Part shown: piece by piece, positions 37,377-46,476 of the stretch
How positions within the stretch are numbered: the first letter of the stretch is position 1
Layout of the letters: every line of letters starts with the position of its first letter
Virus record (IMG/VR): IMGVR_UViG_3300025610_000020
Direction: 5' to 3' (one strand)
Length of the DNA stretch: 64,000 nucleotides
Source of the DNA: an uncultured virus (IMG/VR IMGVR_UViG_3300025610_000020)
Lineage: Duplodnaviria > Heunggongvirae > Uroviricota > Caudoviricetes
The notes under the pieces: generated by a model
Told to the model about the DNA's origin: nothing
The model's database searches: none
Seen by the model: the letters and a program-made list of their open reading frames with translations, nothing else
Program-made: the position numbers and the translations under genes

Positions 37377-37720
37377 TCATCATCCAATGGTATATCAGTC
37401 AATGATGATTTTGGATATTCTGGAAAACGATTTAGAAATACCAGAAAGGTTTTGGCACAGGGCCACAATTCCATCTCCAATTTATAAAAAAGAAGAGGGA
37501 CAGTTGCCTCACCAAAGATATTGAAAAGAATAATTAAGTGATTCAATATCAAATTGACTTTCAAAGTACCAGTCGATACATATCTCTTAAACAATCTTTT
37601 GACATATTTAAATCTCTTTAGATCATCGTAAAAATCATCTTCAGTTACCGCCTGTGGACTATCATAATATTTAATGGCAAAGAGAAGATAATTTTTATCA
37701 TTCAACTCAGAAAACTTCAT
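37349..37720 (-). CDS. conserved T4-like phage hypothetical protein
   Basis: FYDDLKRFKYVKRL, LILNHLIILFNIFG. Confidence 0.8.
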   Translation of the reverse strand: MKFSELNDKNYLLFAIKYYDSPQAVTEDDFYDDLKRFKYVKRLFKRYVSTGTLKVNLILNHLIILFNIFGEATVPLLFYKLEMELWPCAKTFLVFLNRFPEYPKSSLTDIPLDDECLKVLNQV

Positions 37721-37723
37721 TTA

Positions 37724-38299
37724 TCAGGTGATAGGATATGCTCTATTGCCAGTTGTGATGCCAGACATGGCAACTAGTGTCTCTGTCTTGATACGAAGTT
37801 CTCCATGGTTGTCAGTATAAGTTGTTACACCAACCCAACCACCATGAGCAACGGCATCTAGATAATCACTTCTACCACCAGGCTCACCTAGAATACCATC
37901 AGTGACTGCAAAGATTTTAGTATTATATCCACGCTGATCATCAGCAGAAGAAGGTGCCATTACAGGATCTACATCAGCACTTACAGGCTGAGTAGAGAAT
38001 TTCATATATCTTGTAGTGTAGTCATTACCAGCATTCCAATCTCTATTGTCAACAGCACTAGTGCTGATTGTCATGCTAGTAGAACTGGCAATTGAAGTGA
38101 TAACACCAAAACCAGAAGTTTGACCAGCACCAAGAAGAATTGTATTTCCAACTTCAAGATTCGTAAAGGTGCAAACACCAATACCACCAGTTACTGCACC
38201 AGCAGAGGTTACGGTTACAATACCTAAACCACTACCTACATTTGCAAGTGCATTAATAGAACTTACACCAATGTTGTCGTTATTACTCCAAAGAGCCAT
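37724..38299 (-). CDS. putative structural protein
   Basis: MALW start, HGGWVG..TY, KTETLVAM; late promoter ATAAATA at ~38334-38340. Confidence 0.7.
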   Translation of the reverse strand: MALWSNNDNIGVSSINALANVGSGLGIVTVTSAGAVTGGIGVCTFTNLEVGNTILLGAGQTSGFGVITSIASSTSMTISTSAVDNRDWNAGNDYTTRYMKFSTQPVSADVDPVMAPSSADDQRGYNTKIFAVTDGILGEPGGRSDYLDAVAHGGWVGVTTYTDNHGELRIKTETLVAMSGITTGNRAYPIT

Positions 38300-38340
38300 G
38301 TTTCTTGCCCTGCGTTAAACTTTAGTATAATGATATTTAT

Positions 38341-38375
38341 AAAAAAAGGAGACCTTTAAATTAGGTCTCCTTTTT
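38341..38375. terminator. bidirectional terminator
   Basis: AAAAAAGGAGACCT...AGGTCTCCTTTTT. Confidence 0.8.
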
Positions 38376-38377
38376 AA

Positions 38378-38584
38378 TCATTCGCGGTTTCTAATTGCCG
38401 CCGATACTGTCTCTAACAATTTATCATCCATATCAGTCTTGGTAAGTTTTACTGCCTTACCAAGAATTACTAAGCAGATATCAATTAGTTTTTCACCTAG
38501 TTCCTCATTTTCAGGAATTTTGGCAACAGCATCAGAAATAATTTTTGATGCTAATGGTAGAAGAAAAGCGAGCATGATAGTCAC
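38378..38584 (-). CDS. hypothetical protein
   Basis: ORF track. Confidence 0.65.
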   Translation of the reverse strand: MTIMLAFLLPLASKIISDAVAKIPENEELGEKLIDICLVILGKAVKLTKTDMDDKLLETVSAAIRNRE

Positions 38585-38620
38585 CTTATGGCCATCAATA
38601 TATATTCAATTTGATCTTTA

Positions 38621-40087
38621 TCAGTTGGATGTGGTTCCTTGCTTAGGATTGATCACAACCTTGTTTGTGAAATTTTTTTCAGTGACCTTTTCTTTTGTTT
38701 GGGGATCAATTTCATTACCCATCTGCTCTAGGAACTGAGTTCTCCAATCATAGAATTGTGTAGATTCTTTTTTGGTGTAATCTCCAGCTCGAGGACCTTC
38801 TCCTGTTGCAAATGGAGTCTGTCTTTTTTCACCATCTTTCATTTGGTCTCTGAGTTGTCTCAATCTCTCTTTACTTGCAATAGACTCTACCATCTCACCT
38901 TCTGGTTCATAACCAGCCAATTGTGGGGTTGCTTTTTTCTTAGCAAGTCTAGGGAGAGGGAATGGTTTTTCTCCAGGTAGAAGGGGACGACCTTTTCCTC
39001 CACTTCCTGGTCTTCCAGGTTCTCCAGGTAAAGCGGGACCACCACGGGCTCTACGTACAGGCACTCCACCAGGCACAGGAACAAGTTGTTTCATTTTCGG
39101 ATCATACTTCACATTAGTATGAGGAACTGGAGCTGCCTCTACTACTTCACCTTCTGGTTCAAAAGAATTTTTCAACCCCTTCATTCTTAAATCACCACCG
39201 AAAGCATTACCCTTCAGTGTTGATCTTTTACGGGCATCATCTATTGCACTACTAGCTTTCTTTTCCAAGTGTTTAATGCCTTTGTAAGCAGCATATCCAG
39301 CACCTACAGCTAATGGAACTGCAAGAAGGGGAGCAAGTTCATTGACTTGCTCTACTTCTTCATTACGACTTGCCATGGCCTTACCTACAGCAGCACGACG
39401 CTTTAGAAGATACTTATCAGACTTGTCGTGATCACCATCATTATCAACATCCTTGTCTTCCTTACCAACTGGATCTAAACCTTTACCAGATTTAGTAGCA
39501 GCAGTCTGTTCACCCTTCTTAGCCTCACCCTCATATGCCTGACCATACTCTGTCATTTCGACAGACTTGATATTGGGATTGGCACGAAGTGAATTAATTT
39601 TTTCTCTAGTGGCAAAACGAACATAGGTTCTTCCACTTGTCTTGTCTGTTACACGAATTTTATATTTCTTATCTGGACCTTCACCTTTTGTTTCTTCTTC
39701 TACGGGTTCACCATGCTTATTTTGATCATGATGAGGCCCCTCAAAGGTTTTCTTCATTCTTCTAATAACATTTTCATAATTTGCAATGATTTGCTTCTGA
39801 ATAGGACTATATGCTTCACCAAATAGTCTCTTTTTAACTGCCTCTTTTTCGGGCCCAGTCATCGTTGTGTTGCCCATATACTGACTATATGCAGCCTTCA
39901 GATCAATATTTTCTCTACGGGCACGATATCTAATATCATAAACAGCTTGACGAATTCTTTTTGCGGATTTTTCTTCTGTTGATCCACCTTCACTAGAACC
40001 CCCATCAGAGGATTTTTGAGTATTTGCAGAAACTACAGGACCACCCGCTTTTCTTGCTGGAAGCTCCTCAAAAAATGTTCTATTCAT
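38621..40087 (-). CDS. basic modular putative virion protein
   Basis: DKDVDNDGDHDKSD EF-hand-like loop; repeated EPEGE.VE motifs. Confidence 0.7.
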   Translation of the reverse strand: MNRTFFEELPARKAGGPVVSANTQKSSDGGSSEGGSTEEKSAKRIRQAVYDIRYRARRENIDLKAAYSQYMGNTTMTGPEKEAVKKRLFGEAYSPIQKQIIANYENVIRRMKKTFEGPHHDQNKHGEPVEEETKGEGPDKKYKIRVTDKTSGRTYVRFATREKINSLRANPNIKSVEMTEYGQAYEGEAKKGEQTAATKSGKGLDPVGKEDKDVDNDGDHDKSDKYLLKRRAAVGKAMASRNEEVEQVNELAPLLAVPLAVGAGYAAYKGIKHLEKKASSAIDDARKRSTLKGNAFGGDLRMKGLKNSFEPEGEVVEAAPVPHTNVKYDPKMKQLVPVPGGVPVRRARGGPALPGEPGRPGSGGKGRPLLPGEKPFPLPRLAKKKATPQLAGYEPEGEMVESIASKERLRQLRDQMKDGEKRQTPFATGEGPRAGDYTKKESTQFYDWRTQFLEQMGNEIDPQTKEKVTEKNFTNKVVINPKQGTTSN

Positions 40088-40092
40088 TGTCT

Positions 40093-41202
40093 TTAGCTAA
40101 ATTTACGCTTTTTCCTGCTTTTATTTATGAATGACTGAACCTTCTCCCTTGGAGTCATGCGCTGAACATATTCACGATATGAATTTGTCGCAAATTCATA
40201 TACTTCATTCACATCCTTAATCCAAGACTTGAATAGATATCCCTCTTTTGTTAGACAAATAATGTGATTGGCACCCCTACGAATGACCTTACCAATCATC
40301 CCAGTGTTCAAACTTTCAGCAAGAGAACCCACTGAAAATATTTTCCCACTTATAAAATTTTCGCGAAGACCCTTTGGATCAAACTTGGGAGCAATTTCCC
40401 ATGTAGAATAATTTTCATCAATACCCATACTCTGACGAGTGATCATGAATACATTTTCTTTGTCTTTTTTCTTTAAAGTATTTGGGAGTCCAGATGCAAA
40501 GGTATCAAAATCACCATCCTTTGCAGCCTTCCTCATCTTAGATGCAGACATTCCCTCTACACCTTCAGAATCAGGATCACGCTCACCAGCAGAGACTACA
40601 TTAATTTTATCAAAAGAATAAAGAGATCCATTATACTTATTAGCTAAGTTCTCAAACTCTGCTTTCCTATCGGCACCAACAACGATATTCACTTCATTAT
40701 GACCATCAGCATGTGCGGATGCAAGAACATCAAAGATGGTCCTCATCTTTGTATCATGAATAATGTTATTGGCATGATCTGGGAACATCGCCTTCATTAA
40801 TTCAGTCTTGGTTGCTGAATCCAGGGGATTCTTCTTGGGATCCTGACTGTGTGAGGGATAGATTTTATATTCTCCAGTTCCAGCCGTCTTCTTAATATGA
40901 TTAATTAGTTTTTCGTGTCCAATCGTGGGTGGATTGAAGCGACCAAATCCCACGGTAAGTGGACCCTTTGTTTTTTCCATACCAGGATCCATTTCTGGTT
41001 CCTGCTGCATTTGCTGCTGTGGATCCTGCTCTGGAGTACTGGTCTTCTTTTGGAAGATTTTGAGTTGACCGCGCACAGTTTTAGCGACAAGGTTTCCTTC
41101 ACGGTCATAATAGTCCCCATGACCGTCCCCTGTCAAGCCCATCGCCTTTGCTTGGGCGGCGGCTCCCGAGGCCTCTGTGATGAACGCTAGAAAATTTTTC
41201 AT
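40093..41202 (-). CDS. cytidyltransferase-family protein
   Basis: GRFNPPTIGHEKL (HxGH-like), MSASKMR; MKNFLAFITEA N-terminus. Confidence 0.8.
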   Translation of the reverse strand: MKNFLAFITEASGAAAQAKAMGLTGDGHGDYYDREGNLVAKTVRGQLKIFQKKTSTPEQDPQQQMQQEPEMDPGMEKTKGPLTVGFGRFNPPTIGHEKLINHIKKTAGTGEYKIYPSHSQDPKKNPLDSATKTELMKAMFPDHANNIIHDTKMRTIFDVLASAHADGHNEVNIVVGADRKAEFENLANKYNGSLYSFDKINVVSAGERDPDSEGVEGMSASKMRKAAKDGDFDTFASGLPNTLKKKDKENVFMITRQSMGIDENYSTWEIAPKFDPKGLRENFISGKIFSVGSLAESLNTGMIGKVIRRGANHIICLTKEGYLFKSWIKDVNEVYEFATNSYREYVQRMTPREKVQSFINKSRKKRKFS

Positions 41203-41217
41203 AATGTTATTTATTGA

Positions 41218-42102
41218 TTAGCGGAAGAACTGACGTTGACGTGCAAGTGGTGCTGTAGTGATTTTGGCATTAACTGCATCACTATGTAATAAAGAAGATT
41301 GTTCATTATCATCCAAATCAAATCCAGACGGCCTAGGATTTCTGTCCATCAAAAGAGCTGTTGAAAATCTATACGTTCCAGCAGATGCAGATGTTTTGGT
41401 TCTTATTCTTAGTTTCATTTTTGCACCAGAATTAAGAATGTTTGATACTCCAATTTTAGCAAGTCCAAGTGGATCACGTCCTAGATGATACAACCCCAAT
41501 CCTTGTATTTGGATATAACAAACATTTTTATTTTTATAATAACTCGCAAATGTTCTCAAAAATCCATCACCAAAAAGATATGAACTTGGATAATTTTTTA
41601 TATCAGCATCTTTTTCTTCTTGTGGAACTTGACCACTATTAGAATATTTGAAGAGATTTGGTTTTCCAGGCCATGCTCTATTAACTTCAGCTGCGACATT
41701 CATACTGTTTAACAATCTGATCATCTCTTGGGCAACTGGATCGCTTTTTCCAGTCACATACCAAGAAGATCCATTATGTTTTAAACTTGCTTGACCATAA
41801 TCTGCTGGAGGAGCCTTTACTTCAATTTTTATTTTTGCAACTCTATTTGGAACATATGGTTTTTTACTAAGTCGTGAGTAATCTCCAACCATAAGTTCTA
41901 AATCTGCAGCTCTAGAATCTGCACCTGCAGGAGTAAAACCAATTGGTATCATACCCAAAGACTTATATTCTGAAAAAAGATAGTTTTCATAAACAAATCC
42001 AACATTTAACTTTTTTAATCCAGCAGGACCATTTGCCCAATCTTCATAATCAGGATCGCCACCATATAATCCTGCAGGATCTAACTCTACTCTACTAGCC
42101 AT
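41218..42102 (-). CDS. hypothetical protein, possible PD-(D/E)xK nuclease
   Basis: ADLEL...IEVK pattern; late promoter upstream. Confidence 0.55.
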   Translation of the reverse strand: MASRVELDPAGLYGGDPDYEDWANGPAGLKKLNVGFVYENYLFSEYKSLGMIPIGFTPAGADSRAADLELMVGDYSRLSKKPYVPNRVAKIKIEVKAPPADYGQASLKHNGSSWYVTGKSDPVAQEMIRLLNSMNVAAEVNRAWPGKPNLFKYSNSGQVPQEEKDADIKNYPSSYLFGDGFLRTFASYYKNKNVCYIQIQGLGLYHLGRDPLGLAKIGVSNILNSGAKMKLRIRTKTSASAGTYRFSTALLMDRNPRPSGFDLDDNEQSSLLHSDAVNAKITTAPLARQRQFFR

Positions 42103-42132
42103 GAAAAAAGAGGCGTTTGCCTCTATTTATTT

Positions 42133-42339
42133 TTATTCAGTTGTATCTTTTTTATTGAAACCAAATGGAGAAACTACATCTTCAAGTTTGAGTTTCAATG
42201 CAACACCACCGACAGCTTCCATGACTTTTAGAATGTCTTCTGGTTTTGCACCTTCACCAAGTTCTTTGGCAACGTACCAATACTTAGGCCAAAACTCTTC
42301 ACCTGCTCTCTTATAATCTTCAAGGGTTAGGAGTTTCAT
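42133..42339 (-). CDS. hypothetical protein
   Basis: ORF track. Confidence 0.65.
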   Translation of the reverse strand: MKLLTLEDYKRAGEEFWPKYWYVAKELGEGAKPEDILKVMEAVGGVALKLKLEDVVSPFGFNKKDTTE

Positions 42340-42479
42340 TTACCAACTCCATAATCAGGTGCTTTCTTTTCCAACTCACGAATCGTTTCATGTAATTGTT
42401 TTACAGCCTCAATGGTCTCAGGAGTTTCTTCCCACTCCCAAGTTTCACCACCACTGTTTGTAAAAGTTCTCTTAGTCAT
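42336..42479 (-). CDS. small hypothetical protein (47 aa)
   Basis: Manual ORF MTKRTFTNSGGETWEWEETPETIEAVKQLHETIRELEKKAPDYGVGK; ATGA overlaps both sides. Confidence 0.6.
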   Translation of the reverse strand: MTKRTFTNSGGETWEWEETPETIEAVKQLHETIRELEKKAPDYGVGK

Positions 42480-42886
42480 AGATCTCCTTCTTTACGGTTT
42501 TCAGAATAGTGGACATCAAACTCTCCACCAGGATAACGTGCAACTAGTTTCTCAACATTCATCTCCATAATCTCATCAAGAGAAGTTCCAAGACCCATAC
42601 ATGCCTGAGCAACATACCACATAATATCACCCAGTTCACGCTTTAGGTGAAACATGTTCTCTTCACTGACAGGTTTGCCTTGGAAAATAATCTTCTTAAC
42701 AACTTCAGTAAACTCACCTGCTTCAGCACACATACCTACAGCAGCAGTAAGCAATCGCTCGGAATGAAAACCTTGGCCTTCAAGTTCCTGTAGACGATAA
42801 ATGAATGCTTCGTGATCTTTTGATGGTTGAGACGTGACTGCATCGACAAACTCCACGTATTTTTTAGTGTCAACTTTATTAGTCAT
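42476..42886 (-). CDS. mazG: MazG-like pyrophosphohydrolase
   Basis: AEAGEFTEVVKK, RELGDIMWY, NVEKL..RYP. Confidence 0.92.
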   Translation of the reverse strand: MTNKVDTKKYVEFVDAVTSQPSKDHEAFIYRLQELEGQGFHSERLLTAAVGMCAEAGEFTEVVKKIIFQGKPVSEENMFHLKRELGDIMWYVAQACMGLGTSLDEIMEMNVEKLVARYPGGEFDVHYSENRKEGDL

Positions 42887-43196
42887 GAAAATTGGGGATA
42901 AATGGTTCTTGTTCGGACTGGGGTAGTTTTTGTTGAGTAGGAATTTTTTGACCACCAACTTTAACAAACTCAATGTCAAAGTCTTTTTCATTCATATTTT
43001 CCCATCCAATATATTTTTGATTTGGAGGAAGTTGATTTTGTGGAAATGGTTCCAAATCAATCGTTTGATAATCTGGTTTGTATTGATAATAGTGTCCATC
43101 CCATTTGGCATTTCTCATGCCGACAAGATTAGTGGCATCTCTAGCAGATCCACAGTCGGCAATTTTTTCACCGCGTGGGTTGTATACAGAATACAT
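42879..43196 (-). CDS. hypothetical protein
   Basis: ORF track. Confidence 0.6.
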   Translation of the reverse strand: MYSVYNPRGEKIADCGSARDATNLVGMRNAKWDGHYYQYKPDYQTIDLEPFPQNQLPPNQKYIGWENMNEKDFDIEFVKVGGQKIPTQQKLPQSEQEPFIPNFHD

Positions 43197-43273
43197 CAGA
43201 ACTGTAACCCCTTAAATTTGTTTTCAGATTCTTTAATATTATACTCTGGTTTACTCATGTTGTCAATCACCAT
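43196..43273 (-). pseudogene. displaced remnant of gp41 3' end carrying a consensus promoter
   Basis: VIDN...KFKGLQF* parallels helicase end IVDN...KFGGFQF*; TTGACA-17-TATAAT at 43266-43238. Confidence 0.55.
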
Positions 43274-43910
43274 AGGACTCAAAAAATAGAACTTGATTCA
43301 TTCTGAACTTTTCATCAAAATAAGTATTATTTGATATGTTCATACCATGAAGAAATTTTTTAGCCTCAAAGAAGACAAGTCTATTATATTTTGGTTTTAA
43401 TGTTTTTAGCAATCTATAGTTTTCTTTTGATCTCCATGGTTGATAGTGTTCTGGTATATTATCAGTCACAATTTTTTCTTCTTCAGATAAAAGATCATAT
43501 AGATTTGTTCCACATTCAGAATCATCGTTATCATTCAAATAAATTATTGCTGTATATCCATCATCACGATGAGGCCACCAATAACCATTTTTATAGTCGT
43601 TGAATGAATTATTTTTAAATCTTGTTACATTCGTGACAAAATTATAACTAGTCGGTTTAGATCCAGAGAGAATAGAAAGAAAGAAATAAACCGATTCAAG
43701 TTCTTCTATGTAAATGATATCACGAAAATCCTCAAAATGAATACCATTATGAGTTGGATTTGATTCGATTTTGTGTAATCGTTTCGGAATTTTTCCAATC
43801 AAATCAACAACTTCATCTGGATCATAATAAAAGTTATCTATTGTATAGATTTTAGATCCTTGGAAAGTTTCCATGGAAAGATCCATTTTGGGATTTATAT
43901 CAAATAACAT
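43263..43910 (-). CDS. 2OG-Fe(II) oxygenase-like protein (DUF6445-like)
   Basis: IDNFY.DPD, PHRD, AIIYLN, GTNLY, KYNRLVFF..H, RMNQV. Confidence 0.75.
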   Translation of the reverse strand: MLFDINPKMDLSMETFQGSKIYTIDNFYYDPDEVVDLIGKIPKRLHKIESNPTHNGIHFEDFRDIIYIEELESVYFFLSILSGSKPTSYNFVTNVTRFKNNSFNDYKNGYWWPHRDDGYTAIIYLNDNDDSECGTNLYDLLSEEEKIVTDNIPEHYQPWRSKENYRLLKTLKPKYNRLVFFEAKKFLHGMNISNNTYFDEKFRMNQVLFFESYGD

Positions 43911-45274
43911 TAGAACTGAAATCCCCCAAACTTACTATCAGGAGTAGATTGTTCATCTTCATCTCGTCCATTGTCAACGATATTCTGCTCACTCTGCTCA
44001 CAATCATAGAGACGCATCTTGGCACGGTCAATACCAAGAATAAAACGTTTATGAACCGTTGGATCATTATAACGATTCTTCAATTGCTTCACCATAATTT
44101 GTCCCAACTCCTGAAGCTCATCTGTAGAAATAAGGGCAAACATAAGATCAGCAGTAGCAGGGAGACCAAAGGATTCCGAAGTGTCAGTAAGGTCAATATC
44201 AGAGCTAGCATAACCAGAACGAGTGGTCTGCGTGGCAGAAACGATAGGGACGTTTGCTTCGACAGCCAACCCTCTAAGTTCTTCTGCAATAGACTTAATA
44301 TACGAATATGAATTGACAGAGCTGTTTCCGCGATAACGGGAGGAAGCACATATATTAAGGTAATCAATGAAAATGATATCAGGTCTAAATGACTTCTTAA
44401 GTGCAAGTTCATTAAGAAGTGCCTTAAAGTGTCCACTGTGTGCGCTCGCGGTAGGATACTCTTTAATGATAAGACTTCCCTGAGTCTTCTTGCTAAGGTT
44501 ATTTACCTTAGACTCAAACATGGGACGAGGAAGATCTGTGATCTCCTGAATATTGACATTTAAAAGATTCGCGTCAATTCTCTCAGCAATCTTTTCCTCT
44601 GCCATCTCCATAGTGATATACAATACATTATATCCTGAGAGCAAGGACGATGAAGCCATATGGCACATAAACAAAGACTTTCCGACACCAGTGCCAGCAA
44701 GAGCGATATTAAGAGTCTTGTTAGGTAAACCACCTTTAGTAATTTTGTTAAAGTAATCGAGATCAAACGGAATACGATCTTCTTTACGGTGGTAAGATTC
44801 AAAACGTTCCTGGAAGTCTTGTAGGTAATCATGGCCGATGTGATTATCAAAAGATACAGCTAGTGCATTACTAAGGATGCTTGGGATAGCATCACGATTT
44901 CTCTTCTCATCATTGCCATCTGCAATGTGAATGGACTCCATGAGTGCAAGATAGATTGCCCTATCGCGACACCACTTTTCAGTAGTATCAGTCAGCCATT
45001 GTTGATCAACATCTTTATCTTCTAGTTCTGCAATATATTTTTGTGCCGTCTTGATATCTTCACCAGTCAAATCTGAACGATTTGATACCTCAATTTGAAG
45101 TGCCTCAAGAGAAATCAAGTTATCATACTTGACAATAAACTCAGAAGACTCTAGAAAAAGAACCTTCTGAATTTTGTCTTCAAAATATTCTGGTTGAATA
45201 AAGGGAATTACCTTTCTTGCATAATCATCATTATGAATTAGATTTCTTAGAATTGTGACTTCAATTTGTTCCAT
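43910..45274 (-). CDS. gp41: replicative DNA helicase (gp41)
   Basis: AGTGVGKS Walker A, IDYLNI, SATQTTR, KNRY. Confidence 0.97.
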   Translation of the reverse strand: MEQIEVTILRNLIHNDDYARKVIPFIQPEYFEDKIQKVLFLESSEFIVKYDNLISLEALQIEVSNRSDLTGEDIKTAQKYIAELEDKDVDQQWLTDTTEKWCRDRAIYLALMESIHIADGNDEKRNRDAIPSILSNALAVSFDNHIGHDYLQDFQERFESYHRKEDRIPFDLDYFNKITKGGLPNKTLNIALAGTGVGKSLFMCHMASSSLLSGYNVLYITMEMAEEKIAERIDANLLNVNIQEITDLPRPMFESKVNNLSKKTQGSLIIKEYPTASAHSGHFKALLNELALKKSFRPDIIFIDYLNICASSRYRGNSSVNSYSYIKSIAEELRGLAVEANVPIVSATQTTRSGYASSDIDLTDTSESFGLPATADLMFALISTDELQELGQIMVKQLKNRYNDPTVHKRFILGIDRAKMRLYDCEQSEQNIVDNGRDEDEQSTPDSKFGGFQF

Positions 45275-46278
45275 CAACACCCGTAGCTAAACTCCTCTTT
45301 TGCAATTTGATCAAGTTTCTCCATTACTTCTGGAGTAAAATATGCATCTGGTTCTTTGAGGATTTGTTTGGCGTATACTTTTTTGCCATCCATTTCGTAA
45401 CGTCCTGCGACGTTTTTCCAGAGACCGCCAATCTCACCGAGTTCAAGAAGACCATAATAACGGTCAAGGCCACGCTCATCGTAATACAAACGTACTTCAA
45501 CATTTTTATTCTCCTTACTCAGACGCGACTTAGCAGTCTTTGCCTTGATAATGTTTCCAACGATTTCTGTTCCATCCTTTTCCTTTTTCTTGCTAAGATA
45601 AATGATCGTAGAGGCAGCATACTTAAGGCCGCTACCACCACCCATTTCTTTTGTAGGAACGTAAGAACCGATAACATCGTAGGTGTGATTGGTTACAATC
45701 ATGGGAATGTTTGCTTGACCAAGTTTAAGAGTCAACATACGGAATGCACCTTTGACCAATTGAGATTTGGTCATGTCACGAACCTGTTTGTCGTTCAGTG
45801 CATCAGTGATCTCTTTCTCGGTGGATAGCATACCCAGAGAGTCTAGCACAAACATACAGGGTTTGCGCTCATCTTCGGGTTTCTTTAAATATATATCTAC
45901 TGCTTTGAGCGCTTTACTGCGGAAATCCTCAATTGTAACAACATTAACAACGACAAGACGAGAAGTATCGATGCCACGGGATTCGATTAGTGATTTGGTA
46001 ATAGCGGCTTCAGTATCAAAATAGAGACAATAGCCATCGGGATTGGAATCCAGAAAATTTTTGACAACGGCGAGGCTGAAGAAAGTCTTTCCAGTTGATG
46101 ACTCTCCAGCAATAGCAGTAATCTTATTCCCAGATACACCGCCAAATACACTACCTGATACAAGTGCATTAAAAATGTACGAACCCGTGTCAACATAAGT
46201 TTCTGTTTCATCAATATCAGAAGCGAGTTTGGTGAAGTCATCACCAATCTCCTTCACGATGTCTTTTAAAAAATCCAT
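45274..46278 (-). CDS. uvsX: RecA-like recombinase UvsX
   Basis: GESSTGKT, FDTE, LDSLG, MGGGSG. Confidence 0.96.
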   Translation of the reverse strand: MDFLKDIVKEIGDDFTKLASDIDETETYVDTGSYIFNALVSGSVFGGVSGNKITAIAGESSTGKTFFSLAVVKNFLDSNPDGYCLYFDTEAAITKSLIESRGIDTSRLVVVNVVTIEDFRSKALKAVDIYLKKPEDERKPCMFVLDSLGMLSTEKEITDALNDKQVRDMTKSQLVKGAFRMLTLKLGQANIPMIVTNHTYDVIGSYVPTKEMGGGSGLKYAASTIIYLSKKKEKDGTEIVGNIIKAKTAKSRLSKENKNVEVRLYYDERGLDRYYGLLELGEIGGLWKNVAGRYEMDGKKVYAKQILKEPDAYFTPEVMEKLDQIAKEEFSYGC

Positions 46279-46476
46279 TCAGTTCCACCTTAGAGTATTT
46301 AAGTATTCTAGCACATCTTTACGAACATCCATCAGTTCATGATAACATTTTTGATTATGGGCACACTGCCTAAGAGCAGGATCTGGTTTAAGAACGCTCT
46401 CAATAAAGAGATCTAGTCCACGGTTCCATTTATCCTGCTTAGATTCACCGTCATCGATTGTATACTGATCTTTCAT
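46279..46476 (-). CDS. hypothetical protein
   Basis: MKDQYTIDDG...; ATGA overlap with gp43 stop. Confidence 0.65.
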   Translation of the reverse strand: MKDQYTIDDGESKQDKWNRGLDLFIESVLKPDPALRQCAHNQKCYHELMDVRKDVLEYLNTLRWN

